From assembly GCA_963829525.1 (NCBI GenBank), contig CAWHIJ010000003.1:2464001-2528000 (forward strand): a DNA stretch of 64,000 bases, in the 5' to 3' direction. Under the pieces are notes generated by a model. It worked only from the letters and a program-made list of their open reading frames with translations. It was not told where the DNA came from and made no database searches. The position numbers and the translations under genes were made by a program. The stretch's first letter is position 1. Each line of letters begins with the position of its first letter. This document shows, piece by piece, positions 33,085-41,837 of this stretch. This DNA comes from an uncultured Actinomycetota bacterium. GTDB taxonomy: Bacteria; Actinomycetota; Actinomycetes; JAHEKZ01.

Positions 33085-33105
33085 GTGGAGGTGGCGGGAA
33101 TCGAA
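33085..33105 (-). repeat. att-like duplicate of the tmRNA 3' end (attR candidate)
   Basis: GTGGAGGTGGCGGGAATCGAA is identical to 36424-36444 (ssrA T-loop to acceptor end), same orientation. Confidence 0.88.
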
Positions 33106-33120
33106 GCCTGCCGAACCGTC

Positions 33121-33200
33121 GGGACCCGTCGGATCCCATTGATTGCGAGCACAAGCCTTCGGGTTCCGTCGGGACCCTTCGGGTCCCTTTGGGTCCGGCT
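33121..33200. repeat. 10-bp periodic direct repeats (candidate integrase arm/RDF-binding sites)
   Basis: In 10-bp register: GGGACCCGTC, GGATCCCATT, then GGGTTCCGTC, GGGACCCTTC, GGGTCCCTTT, GGGTCCGGCT. Confidence 0.6.
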
Positions 33201-33321
33201 GTTGACGCGGTCAACACCCCCGTCAGCGCCCAGACAAGCGAGTCAGCAGTTCGCAGCTCGCGTCCAGGAGATCCCCGCCTCGGTACTATCTCCGTATGAC
33301 GAGCTGCCCTACGGGGCGAGG

Positions 33322-34278
33322 GTGAGGGCGTTCGTCTACGACCGTTACGGATCCCCCGACGTGCTCCACGTCGAGGATGTGCCACTACCCATCCCCGGCA
33401 CAAACAGCGTCCGGATGAGGGTCGCTGCGACATCGGTCAACCTCAGCGACTGGGAGTGCCTGACGGGTTCACCCGCCCACGCGCGGATCGGCGGGTTGCG
33501 TACTCCGGCTCACCGGACGCTGGGATCGGACATCGCCGGCGTGGTCGACAAGATCGGGCCTGACGTCACCCGCTTCCATCCCGGAGACGAGGTGTACGGC
33601 GACAACCTCGCGCTGAAGGGCGGGTTCGCCGAGTACGCGCTCGTGCCGGAATCCGCGCTGGCGCAGAAGCCGAGCCAACTCACGTTTGTTGAGGCGTCCG
33701 CCATCCCGCAGGCGGGCGCGATCAGCCTCCAGGGCACCAGATGTGTGGTGACCGGGAACCGTGTACTGATTAACGGCGCTGGCGGAGGTTCTGGATCCTT
33801 CGCGATTCAGCTGGCCAAGCGGCTCGGTGCGCACGTGACGGGAGTCGACAACGCCGCCAAGCAGGACTTCATGCGGTCGATGGGTGCCGACGACGTGATC
33901 GACTACGGCCGGGAAGACTTCACAGAAACGAACCAGCCGTACGACGTGGTCCTGGACCTCGTCGCTCATCGATCGGCGTTCGCTTACCGACGCGCGCTGG
34001 CACCCGGTGGCACGTATCGCTGCGTAGGGGGGTCGGTGGGCACGCTGCTGCGCGTACTCACCGTGGGCTCGGTCGTGGGGCGAGTCACCGGCCGCTCCAT
34101 CGGAGTGCTCGCGGTGAAGGAGGGGCCCGCCCAGTTCGAGCCGATTGCCGATCTGTGCGTTACCGGTGCGATGCGGATTCCCATCGACAGCACCTTCACC
34201 CTGGACGAGCTTCCCCTCGCTCTTGCGCGAGTCGGCGAGGGACTCGCCCTCGGCAAAGTCGTGGTCTGCATGTCGTGA
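33322..34278 (+). CDS. NAD(P)-dependent alcohol dehydrogenase (MDR, RTN4IP1/QOR-like)
   Basis: VRAFVYDRYGSPDVL start, GSDIAGVV, GGFAEY, VLINGAGGGSG, GKVVV; the longer N-terminus in the track is antisense tmRNA-like sequence (VEVAGIE). Confidence 0.88.
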   Translation: MRAFVYDRYGSPDVLHVEDVPLPIPGTNSVRMRVAATSVNLSDWECLTGSPAHARIGGLRTPAHRTLGSDIAGVVDKIGPDVTRFHPGDEVYGDNLALKGGFAEYALVPESALAQKPSQLTFVEASAIPQAGAISLQGTRCVVTGNRVLINGAGGGSGSFAIQLAKRLGAHVTGVDNAAKQDFMRSMGADDVIDYGREDFTETNQPYDVVLDLVAHRSAFAYRRALAPGGTYRCVGGSVGTLLRVLTVGSVVGRVTGRSIGVLAVKEGPAQFEPIADLCVTGAMRIPIDSTFTLDELPLALARVGEGLALGKVVVCMS

Positions 34279-34450
34279 TGCGACGCGAACGCCCTGACCC
34301 GACAGGCCACCAGCGCTCTGACATGCCTGGTTCGGTGATGACCGTCAGCCAAATCGTCACGCTGTTCGTCGCTCGTGCAACCCTGCACTACGGCGGTCGC
34401 CAGACACGGGTGCGGTCCGACGTCGCATTGGGACCGAAGGGCGCGGATCG

Positions 34451-35485
34451 TCAGATCGTGATGACGAGCTTGCCGCGGACCTGGCCGGAGGCGAGCTGCC
34501 GCATGGCCTCCGGAGCCTCGCTGAGCGGGTAGGTGCGCTCCACGGTGGGAACGAGCGCGCCTTCCTCGACCAGGGCGGCGAGGCGCTCGAGGAACGAGTA
34601 GTGCTCCTTGGGCGGCACGAGCGCCATGCGCTGGCCGACGAACGGTGAGACAACCAGGGCTCGTAACTGGCGGTCCATGCCGCCGGTGAGCCGTCCGCCA
34701 TCTTCGCCGCCAACGATGACAGCCGTCCCGTCCGGGGTGAGCGCCCTGCGCAGGCGTGAGACCGACGGGTTGCCGGCGATGTCGATGATGACGTCGTAGG
34801 TCGTGCTCCCATCGGCGAAGTCGTCGCGGGCGTAGTCGAGGACGTGGACGGCGCCGAGGGAGCGCACGAGGTCGGCCTTGGACGCGCTGCACACTCCGGT
34901 GACCTCCGCGCCGAGCGCCGTGGCGATCTGGACGGCGTAGCTCCCGACGCCGCCGGAGGCGCCGAGGACAAGGACCTTCTGCCCCGCTTCCACCCGGCCG
35001 ACGTCGGTGACCGCCCGAAGCGCGGTCGACCCCGAGACACCCAGTGCCGCCGCCTGCTCGAAGGGGAGATTCGAGGGCTTGTGCGCGAGCTTGTCCTCGC
35101 GGACGGCTGCGAACTCGGCGTACGTGCCCTTGCCGATGCCGAACACATCGTCGCCGATCTTGAAACGCGTGACCCCGGTGCCGACCGCCACGACCGTGCC
35201 GGCCAGGTCGATCCCGGGGACCGCAGTCTTCGGCCCACGGAACCCAAGAGCGAGCCGCATGGCGTACGGCGTCCCGGTCATGAGGTGCCACGTGCCGCGG
35301 TCAAGGCCAGCCGCGCTCACCTTGACTAGCACCTGGCCCGCCTCGATCACTGGATGGGGGACCTCGTCGATCGTCCACGTGTCCGCCGTCCCGTACACGC
35401 TCTGGGTGATCGCGCGCATGGTCCGGGCCGGCATCGGCACCGGTGATGCGGCGTGGTTGGTGCTGCGGGGTGCTGAGGTCGTCAT
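34451..35485 (-). CDS. NAD(P)-dependent alcohol dehydrogenase (MDR)
   Basis: AAGLDRGTWHLMTG.PY, GIDLAGTV, VLVLGASGGVGSYAVQIA, RGKLVI. Confidence 0.9.
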   Translation of the reverse strand: MTTSAPRSTNHAASPVPMPARTMRAITQSVYGTADTWTIDEVPHPVIEAGQVLVKVSAAGLDRGTWHLMTGTPYAMRLALGFRGPKTAVPGIDLAGTVVAVGTGVTRFKIGDDVFGIGKGTYAEFAAVREDKLAHKPSNLPFEQAAALGVSGSTALRAVTDVGRVEAGQKVLVLGASGGVGSYAVQIATALGAEVTGVCSASKADLVRSLGAVHVLDYARDDFADGSTTYDVIIDIAGNPSVSRLRRALTPDGTAVIVGGEDGGRLTGGMDRQLRALVVSPFVGQRMALVPPKEHYSFLERLAALVEEGALVPTVERTYPLSEAPEAMRQLASGQVRGKLVITI

Positions 35486-35527
35486 GTCGGGTCCCTTGAG
35501 TCGGTGAGCCCGGTCGGACTCCGCGTG

Positions 35528-35575
35528 CCTTACGGTGTAAGGTATTGCATGACACTGTAGTCGTACGTTGTAAGG
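35528..35575. promoter_or_regulatory. Putative TetR operators in the divergent intergenic region
   Basis: Perfect CCTTAC-GGT-GTAAGG (35528-35542) plus variants TGAC-ACT-GTAG and TCGTAC-GTT-GTAAGG (35561-35575). Confidence 0.7.
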
Positions 35576-35623
35576 TTGTCAACGTCGAGCGGGCACACGG
35601 ACACGAGGCGGCGAGCGAGAGAC

Positions 35624-36322
35624 ATGGCGCGACAAGCGACGGGCAAGGCCCGCAAGACCCGCGAGCCGCTGACCCGGGACCGTGCGTTGAAGGCCGCGGT
35701 GGCCATCGCGGACGCAGAGGGCATCTCCGCGCTGACCATGCGCCGGTTGGCGACCGAGCTGGGGGTCGAGGCCATGTCCCTCTACCACCACGTTGCAAAC
35801 AAGGACGAGATCCTCGACGGCATCACCGACCTGGTGGTCAGCGAGATCGAGGTGCCTGCGAGCGGGACGGACTGGCGAACCGCCATGCGCGATCGCGCGA
35901 TCTCCGCGCACGAGGTCCTGGTGGCCCATCCCTGGTCCGCGATGCTGATCATGTCCCGGTTCAACATCGGTCCCGGCATGACCCGCTATCTGGATGCGAC
36001 CCTCGGGCGCCTGCGCGAAGGCGGGTTCTCGATCCATGGGGCCCTTGACGCCTGGCACACCCTCGACAGCCACATCTTCGGCTTCACCCTGCAGGAGCTC
36101 CAGCTCCCGTTCGACGCCGCGGACAACGCACAGGTGTCAGCCGACGCCATCGAGCTGTTCGACCCCATCCAGTTTCCCTACGTCATCGAGGTCGTCACCG
36201 AGATCAGCCAGACTGGTCGGGTCGAGCACTTCGAGTTCGGGCTCGACCTGATCCTCGACGGCCTGGAGCGAACCCTCGAACGCGAAGTCGTCGCAGGGAG
36301 GCGCCGCAAGCCGCGCAGCTGA
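35624..36322 (+). CDS. TetR/AcrR family regulator (TetR_C domain)
   Basis: LTRDRALKAAVAIADAEGISALTMRRLATELGVEAMSLYHHV.NKDEILD; FEFGLDLILDGL. Confidence 0.92.
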   Translation: MARQATGKARKTREPLTRDRALKAAVAIADAEGISALTMRRLATELGVEAMSLYHHVANKDEILDGITDLVVSEIEVPASGTDWRTAMRDRAISAHEVLVAHPWSAMLIMSRFNIGPGMTRYLDATLGRLREGGFSIHGALDAWHTLDSHIFGFTLQELQLPFDAADNAQVSADAIELFDPIQFPYVIEVVTEISQTGRVEHFEFGLDLILDGLERTLEREVVAGRRRKPRS

Positions 36323-36356
36323 CGCGTCGGGACCCCGAATCGATGCCACGAAGCGA

Positions 36357-36392
36357 GAGGGTGGCCATCCGTTTCAACGGATAGCCACCCTC
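36357..36392. terminator. Hairpin between convergent tetR and ssrA (probable terminator)
   Basis: GAGGGTGGCCATCCGTT-TC-AACGGATAGCCACCCTC, 17-bp stem with one mismatch. Confidence 0.7.
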
Positions 36393-36422
36393 AACATCTC
36401 CTGCGTTTCCGCATGTAACAGG

Positions 36423-36793
36423 GGTGGAGGTGGCGGGAATCGAACCCGCGTCCTTTGTCGTCCATACAGGGCTTCTCCGGGTGCAGCCTGCTGTGATTTT
36501 CTCGGCCCCGGCAGTCCCACAGGCAAGCTGTCGACGGGCTCAGTCACTGTTTGATGTTCCCGCGGGCCCCGTGACCGGGCTCTTGGGTTGAGCTTCCTAG
36601 TCGACGCCAGACACCGGATCGGAAGCACTTCCGGGCTGACGGATCTTCAGCTTCGCTTAGGCAGCGAGAGTGAGATCAGTGCGCGATGTATTGGCACTTA
36701 TTGGTTTCCAAGGAATGGTTAACGAGATCATCCAAGGCATCCTCGACCCGCTTCCCCTGGACAGTACGTCCAAAGTCGAAACCTTTCACCCCC
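36423..36793 (-). ncRNA. ssrA: tmRNA (transfer-messenger RNA)
   Basis: 5' GGGGGTGAAAGGTTTCGAC pairs with 3' CACCTCCA including the G3-U70 alanine determinant; T-arm GCGGGTTCGATTCCCGC; tag reading frame ANTSRTDLTLAA* at 36695-36657. Confidence 0.96.
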
Positions 36794-36864
36794 TGTGCAG
36801 TTGTCCCGCCATTCTACGGGGTCAACGCTCCTAGGTCATCTTCGATTCCGGCGGGTCAGCCGGT

Positions 36865-37305
36865 TCACTGCTCAAGGAGCTCTGCGAGGCTTCCCAGATT
36901 CGCGCGGACGGTCCTGGCGAGCGCGCTGGTGACGAGGGGGTCGGACATCTTTCCGAAGACTCCAGCCAGACCCGACTCAGCTTCGATACGGTAGGTGAAC
37001 CGGGTGCCTTCGGCGGTGGGCTCAAGCTTGCTGGTAGCCGAGAACTTCAGCTTGCCGCCGACCGTCGAGTAGGTCGCTAGAGCATCCGGTTCGAAGGCGG
37101 TCACTTCCGACGTCCAGTCCAGACGCTTCCCCAGCAACTTGCTCACGCCTTTGGTGCGCGTTCCCAGCCCTGGTTCACCGCTTCCGATCTGCTCGGCCTC
37201 AATAGTCATCGAGTCCCAGATCGGCAGGTTCTCGGCATTCACGACGTAGGCGAACACTTCGTGGGGCGAGCGGGCAATCACGACGCTCTCTTCGACAACC
37301 GGCAT
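36865..37305 (-). CDS. SRPBCC (polyketide cyclase/START-like) protein
   Basis: VEESVVIARSPHEVFAYV...ENLPIW, EVTAFEP, LEPTAEGTRFT, ANLGSLAELLE; GGAGG RBS. Confidence 0.85.
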   Translation of the reverse strand: MPVVEESVVIARSPHEVFAYVVNAENLPIWDSMTIEAEQIGSGEPGLGTRTKGVSKLLGKRLDWTSEVTAFEPDALATYSTVGGKLKFSATSKLEPTAEGTRFTYRIEAESGLAGVFGKMSDPLVTSALARTVRANLGSLAELLEQ

Positions 37306-37458
37306 GGGGCACCTCCCTAGGGGGGCGCGGCTCGCCCCGCGACTGCACGATGCCTCAGCCGGCGTCCCTAAATCGTTACGGCGAATCAGGATCTGGCAAG
37401 TGCCTGCGCAACTGCGTTCCGGCCACCCGTCCCGTGCACTCCCCCACCGAACGACAGC

Positions 37459-37902
37459 TCAACGCTCCCCCGTCACATGTGATTCCGCGGGCAGAAACAG
37501 CCCCAGACGGTCCAGTCCGGTCCGTAGGGCAGCGGCGAAGCGTTCAACACTGCCTACAGACCCCTCCACCGCATCCTCGTCGAGCACCAGCACCAGGCGC
37601 GGCAAGGCGACTCCCGGTTCCCGAACTCGGGCCAGCACGATCGGCGACCTGTCTCCTACCGCCGCTACCACGTGGGCGGAGCGCTCGTTGAGGTGGAGCA
37701 ACTCAAAGGGGATACCCAGGTCGAAGACCATGGCATCCCACGCATGCTTGCGGCGGACTCCTGAGTGGGTGACATCGCACAGCCCACAGTGAGCAGTGCC
37801 GCGCATCTTGCCAACCAAGTAGGTCAACTCACCGCGAAGGCCCCCATCGGCCCGGTAGACACCGACGAAGCTCTCGACAAAAGCGCGCCGGTCGGATTCC
37901 AT
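37459..37902 (-). CDS. Conserved hypothetical protein (HCxLCDxTH motif)
   Basis: VGVYRADGGLRGELTY..GK..GTAHCGLCDVTHS; ATG 37902 preceded by GGTGA. Confidence 0.65.
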   Translation of the reverse strand: MESDRRAFVESFVGVYRADGGLRGELTYLVGKMRGTAHCGLCDVTHSGVRRKHAWDAMVFDLGIPFELLHLNERSAHVVAAVGDRSPIVLARVREPGVALPRLVLVLDEDAVEGSVGSVERFAAALRTGLDRLGLFLPAESHVTGER

Positions 37903-37979
37903 GCGTTCACCCTGACGCACATCAGGAACCGAGGCCAGCTGGCGTTCTACCGTGGACGCCATCAGGTCGACGTGGAGTC

Positions 37980-39401
37980 CTACGCCCTGGCGAGGACCTG
38001 CGCGGCCGCGTTCCAACCACCCATACCGTGCACTCCCCCGCCGGGGGGCGTCGACGACGAGCACATGAAGAGGCCGGGAACCGGCGTCGCCCAAGGAGAT
38101 CTAGACAACACCGGTCGCGCGATGAACTGCCGCCAGTCCGATGCCCCACCAGCGATGTCGCCGCCCACCTCGTTGGCGTTATGCGCCTCCAGGGCAGCTG
38201 TGTCCATCGTGTGGCGAGCCAGGATCCGATCCTTGAAGCCGGGTGCGAACCGCTCGATCTGCGCTTCGATCCGGTCTGTCATGTCGACCCGTGAGCCGTT
38301 CGGTACATGGCAGTACGCCCAGCCGGTGTGCTTGCCAGTGGGAGCTCTCGACGAGTCGGCCGTGCTCGCTTGGACGAACAGCACATACGGATGATCGGGA
38401 TGCTCACCTGCCGCCGTGGCCTTCTCGCTGAGAGCTACTTCGTCTGCCGTGCCGCAGACATGAACGGTGCCGGCACCTGCAAGGCGCTCATCGCCCCAGG
38501 GCACGGGACCATCCAACGCCCAGTCGACCTTGAACACCCCCGGTCCATACCGAAAGGCCTCGAGGCGCTTTCGATAACCAGTTGGCAGGACCTCCCGAGC
38601 AACCTCGGTCACCTGCCGTGGTGTGAGATCGAGGACGACGGTGGACTCCTTCAGCAGGTCAGTCACCGAGGTCACCCGCTGGCCGGTCACCACTTCGCCG
38701 CCCAGCGAGCGCAAGCGCGACACTAGGGCGTCGGCAATGCTCTGCGAGCCACCAACAGCCACCGGCCAGCCGACGGTGTGCGCGAGGCCTCCGAGGAGCA
38801 TGCCGAAGCCGGCCGTTGTCAGCGAGTTCAGCGACAACATCGAGTGAGCGGCCAGCCCGGCCAAGAGCGCGCGAGCTGGCTCCTCGCGGAAAGCCGCTCG
38901 CCCAACCCACCGTTCTGGCCAGGCTCCGACGCTGCCGTAGGCCGCCAGCGCCAGCGGCGCCTTGGGAGGGAAGTCCAGTGGTGACAGCAGACCATCGACC
39001 AAGGGCTCCCCACCACGGGCCACACCGCCAACGATCCGTCCCCAGGCAGCGCCGTCGCGGCCAAGCTCTGCAGCGGTACGATCGAGATCTTGGTAGACGA
39101 CTCCAGCGGTGTACTGGTCCACCGGATGTCCGAAGGCCGCTGCGGGTTGAGCAAACTCCAGACCATCACGTGCGAGGTCAATGGCTCGAAACGCCGGCGA
39201 CGCCAGCGCCAATGGGTGGACGCTTGAGCAGACGTCGTGGCGGAATCCGGGAAGGGTCAGCTCCTCGGTCCGCAGCCCTCCTCCCACCTGATCCGCCGCC
39301 TCGAGGACTGCCACCTTCTGACCAGCTTCAGCTAAGCGAATAGCCGCGACGAGACCGTTCGGGCCGGAACCGACCACAACGGTGTCAACGCCCATGCTCA
39401 A
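37980..39401 (-). CDS. Phytoene dehydrogenase-like FAD-dependent oxidoreductase
   Basis: VVVGSGPNGL.AA, GGGLRTEELTLPGF.HDVCS, KVDWALDGPVPW, WAYCHVP, STPPGGGVHGM.G. Confidence 0.88.
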   Translation of the reverse strand: MSMGVDTVVVGSGPNGLVAAIRLAEAGQKVAVLEAADQVGGGLRTEELTLPGFRHDVCSSVHPLALASPAFRAIDLARDGLEFAQPAAAFGHPVDQYTAGVVYQDLDRTAAELGRDGAAWGRIVGGVARGGEPLVDGLLSPLDFPPKAPLALAAYGSVGAWPERWVGRAAFREEPARALLAGLAAHSMLSLNSLTTAGFGMLLGGLAHTVGWPVAVGGSQSIADALVSRLRSLGGEVVTGQRVTSVTDLLKESTVVLDLTPRQVTEVAREVLPTGYRKRLEAFRYGPGVFKVDWALDGPVPWGDERLAGAGTVHVCGTADEVALSEKATAAGEHPDHPYVLFVQASTADSSRAPTGKHTGWAYCHVPNGSRVDMTDRIEAQIERFAPGFKDRILARHTMDTAALEAHNANEVGGDIAGGASDWRQFIARPVLSRSPWATPVPGLFMCSSSTPPGGGVHGMGGWNAAAQVLARA

Positions 39402-39444
39402 TGGTCATCCTCACGTTGTCTCAGGCATCGGCCTGACACGCGAA

Positions 39445-40656
39445 TCATCTCTCTCGCAACCAAAGGCCGGCCACTGAGGGTTGCATGGTGCGGCTCAGCA
39501 ACGCCAGTAGGTCTTGGGAGACGATATCCGGCTCGACCCGGTCGCGCAGTCGACGGGCGAACGACTGCACTGTCTGCTCTGCGTCATAGCGCGACCGGTT
39601 GAAGCGTCGATCAACGATGGCCCGCGTACGGACGAGCACCGGTCGGAAGGCGGCCGCCGCAGTGAGCGTGGCAACCGCGACGGACATCTGGTTGGGCAGT
39701 TGAAAGAGCGATGTTGCCACAGACACGATTCCGACGTAGACGGCGACAACGACTCCCGTCACTACGGCGTATGACGTTGTACGACTGACGACCTTGTCTA
39801 TGTCGTACAGGCGATGCCGCAGAACCGCGACGGCAATTCCCGCGGGAAGCGCAACTCCGGCCATCGACCACAACAGGCTGCCGTGCAGCACTCCGTCTGC
39901 GCTATTGATCGCGGCCAGTGCCCACTCAGGCAACTGAGCGGCGACCAGGATCAGCAGTGGCCCTGCGAGCCCGCCGGCCGCGACCCACATCACCTGCTGA
40001 CGCTCGAGGCCTTTGGCTCGGTACCAGCGGAGACCAAGGCAAAGTGGGGCGGCGACTAGCCCGAGCGTCACTAATGATCCCAGGCCCGTAAGGAACCCGT
40101 TGACCACCGACGCCACACCTGTCGGCTCGATGCCGGCGTCCTGCTCCTCTCGGAAGATCATCGCGTCGAGGGCCGCACTGACCACGCTGATCGCGGTCAG
40201 CCAGATCACCCACCGCCACCGTCGGGAAAGCGGACGACCCGTTGGCGCCAGCAGCAGGAGCACCACGACTCCCCCCACGAAGAGCACCTGGCAGGCGGAG
40301 GTGCCGGCGTACAACCAGTGCCCCGCTGATTCCGACAAGCTCAACTGGGCACTCGATGCGTCGACGGAACCGAACAGCCCTTGGAGTGCTCCGATCACGC
40401 CCACGACCAGCATCAGTGTGCCTAGCCGATTCCCTCTGTCGCGCGAGACGATCAGGTATCCCATCGCCCCGTAGCTGATTGCGCCGACACCAGTTTCGAG
40501 CCAGGTCTGGAAGGGTTCTGGCACTCCGCTGCGGTATTGCCAACCGGTCAGCAAGCTGGTGACGGTGACGCAACCTACGATCACGATCAAGGCGGTCAAT
40601 GCCGCAGGCGAAGGAACTCCCTCCGACTTCTTCTCCGGACGCGTCGGCGCGTTCAC
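39445..40656 (-). CDS. Multi-TM sensor-like membrane protein, array copy 7 (ends at the start of a GAF-like domain)
   Basis: NRLG, LLAPTGRPLSRRWR, GLERQQ..W, VLRHRLYDIDK..SRT..Y, DRRFNR.RYDAE, TMQPSVAGLWL; GTG start overlaps upstream stop (GTGA 40653-40656). Confidence 0.85.
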   Translation of the reverse strand: MNAPTRPEKKSEGVPSPAALTALIVIVGCVTVTSLLTGWQYRSGVPEPFQTWLETGVGAISYGAMGYLIVSRDRGNRLGTLMLVVGVIGALQGLFGSVDASSAQLSLSESAGHWLYAGTSACQVLFVGGVVVLLLLAPTGRPLSRRWRWVIWLTAISVVSAALDAMIFREEQDAGIEPTGVASVVNGFLTGLGSLVTLGLVAAPLCLGLRWYRAKGLERQQVMWVAAGGLAGPLLILVAAQLPEWALAAINSADGVLHGSLLWSMAGVALPAGIAVAVLRHRLYDIDKVVSRTTSYAVVTGVVVAVYVGIVSVATSLFQLPNQMSVAVATLTAAAAFRPVLVRTRAIVDRRFNRSRYDAEQTVQSFARRLRDRVEPDIVSQDLLALLSRTMQPSVAGLWLRER

Positions 40657-41837
40657 GCCCGTCCTCCGGCAACCCACAGTCCCACACGTGATGGCTGCAG
40701 AGTCTTGTCCAGGATTCCCAGCACCTCTTCGGTGACCACGTCTGTGTCGACCTCGCGGGCAAGACGTTCGCTGAAGGCATGGACCGTGTTCTCTGCGTCA
40801 TATCGCGTCCGGTCAAAGCGACGATCCACCCTGGTCTGAGTCCACCGTAGAGCTGGTCGAAACACCGCGGCTGCCACCAGCGTTGCCAATGCGACCGGAA
40901 GCGTGTCCGAGACAGGCATGACGGCGCTAGCGGCAGCGACGACGACGAGATAGACCACAACCACGAGCGCTGTTACCAAAGCGTAGGACGTCGACCGGCT
41001 GATGATGCGGTCAATGTCATAAAGGTGGTAGCGAAGTATCGCTACCCCCACCGACAACGGGAGCAGCGACAGCACCACTGCCAACAGAACCGTGTCGCTT
41101 GCCGACCAGTTGGTGGACAGGGCCTGCACCATGAAGAGCGCCATCACAACACCTGCAAGAACAAGCCACTTGATCTGAGACTGCTCCCGGACATTCCCGC
41201 GACGGAAACGCACAGCCAGGGACCAGACCGAGAGCGCCATCGCGGCTATGAAACCAAGGGCCAGGAACTCAAGAGACTGGATGAATCCTGCGAGCCAGTC
41301 GGGTGCGTACGGATTTGGCTTCGATAGGCCAGCTGCATCGGTGTACTCCGCGTTTGAGAAGGCCACCACCAAGCTCCACGTCACTGCAACGACACCCGAG
41401 CCCCAGGCCACGGGCCGCCACCGCCGGCTCAGCAGGTGACCATCCGGGAAGAGCAGGAAGGGAAAGGTCAGCATCACACACAAGAACGGCGCCCAGGTCC
41501 AGTTGCCGAACCACTCCGCCGCGATCCCACCGAAGCCGCCAGGCCTCACGACCGTGGCCCAGGCGACGTAGCCATTTACGGCAACGCCAAGAGCAAGCCA
41601 GAGTCCGCATCCAAGGAAGATCCATCCGATGGGGTTGTCTCGACGCTTGGTGGAAATAAGTAGTCCGACGGATCCGATGGCCAGAGCCGGAAGCCCAAGT
41701 GGAAGCGAACTGAGCGTTTCGCTCCACCCCATCGTGCGAGCGTTGATGACTGTCATTGAAGCGCCCACGAGGAGGAGCACCACCGTCAGCATCCAAAGCA
41801 CCCGCGCCAGGACAGTCACCCATCGGGCCCGATTCAT
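40653..41837 (-). CDS. Multi-TM sensor-like membrane protein, array copy 6
   Basis: RRDNPIGW, LLFPDGHLLSRRWRP, ILRYHLYDIDRII, DRRFDR.RYDAE, TLQPSRVGLWV; ATGA coupling. Confidence 0.85.
   Translation of the reverse strand: MNRARWVTVLARVLWMLTVVLLLVGASMTVINARTMGWSETLSSLPLGLPALAIGSVGLLISTKRRDNPIGWIFLGCGLWLALGVAVNGYVAWATVVRPGGFGGIAAEWFGNWTWAPFLCVMLTFPFLLFPDGHLLSRRWRPVAWGSGVVAVTWSLVVAFSNAEYTDAAGLSKPNPYAPDWLAGFIQSLEFLALGFIAAMALSVWSLAVRFRRGNVREQSQIKWLVLAGVVMALFMVQALSTNWSASDTVLLAVVLSLLPLSVGVAILRYHLYDIDRIISRSTSYALVTALVVVVYLVVVAAASAVMPVSDTLPVALATLVAAAVFRPALRWTQTRVDRRFDRTRYDAENTVHAFSERLAREVDTDVVTEEVLGILDKTLQPSRVGLWVAGGRA

Larger units (their letters stand above)
33085..36444. mobile_element. Integrase-less mini genomic island at the ssrA 3' end (two MDR dehydrogenases + TetR)
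   Basis: Bounded by 21-bp direct repeats of the tmRNA 3' end; 10-bp periodic repeats inside the distal end; no recombinase inside. Confidence 0.65.

Noticed and set aside
33085-33105. A tRNA gene
   Set aside because: Only 21 nt of T-loop/acceptor sequence, identical to the ssrA end; no cloverleaf
33121-33200. CRISPR array
   Set aside because: Units are 10 bp, degenerate and lack unique spacers; no cas genes
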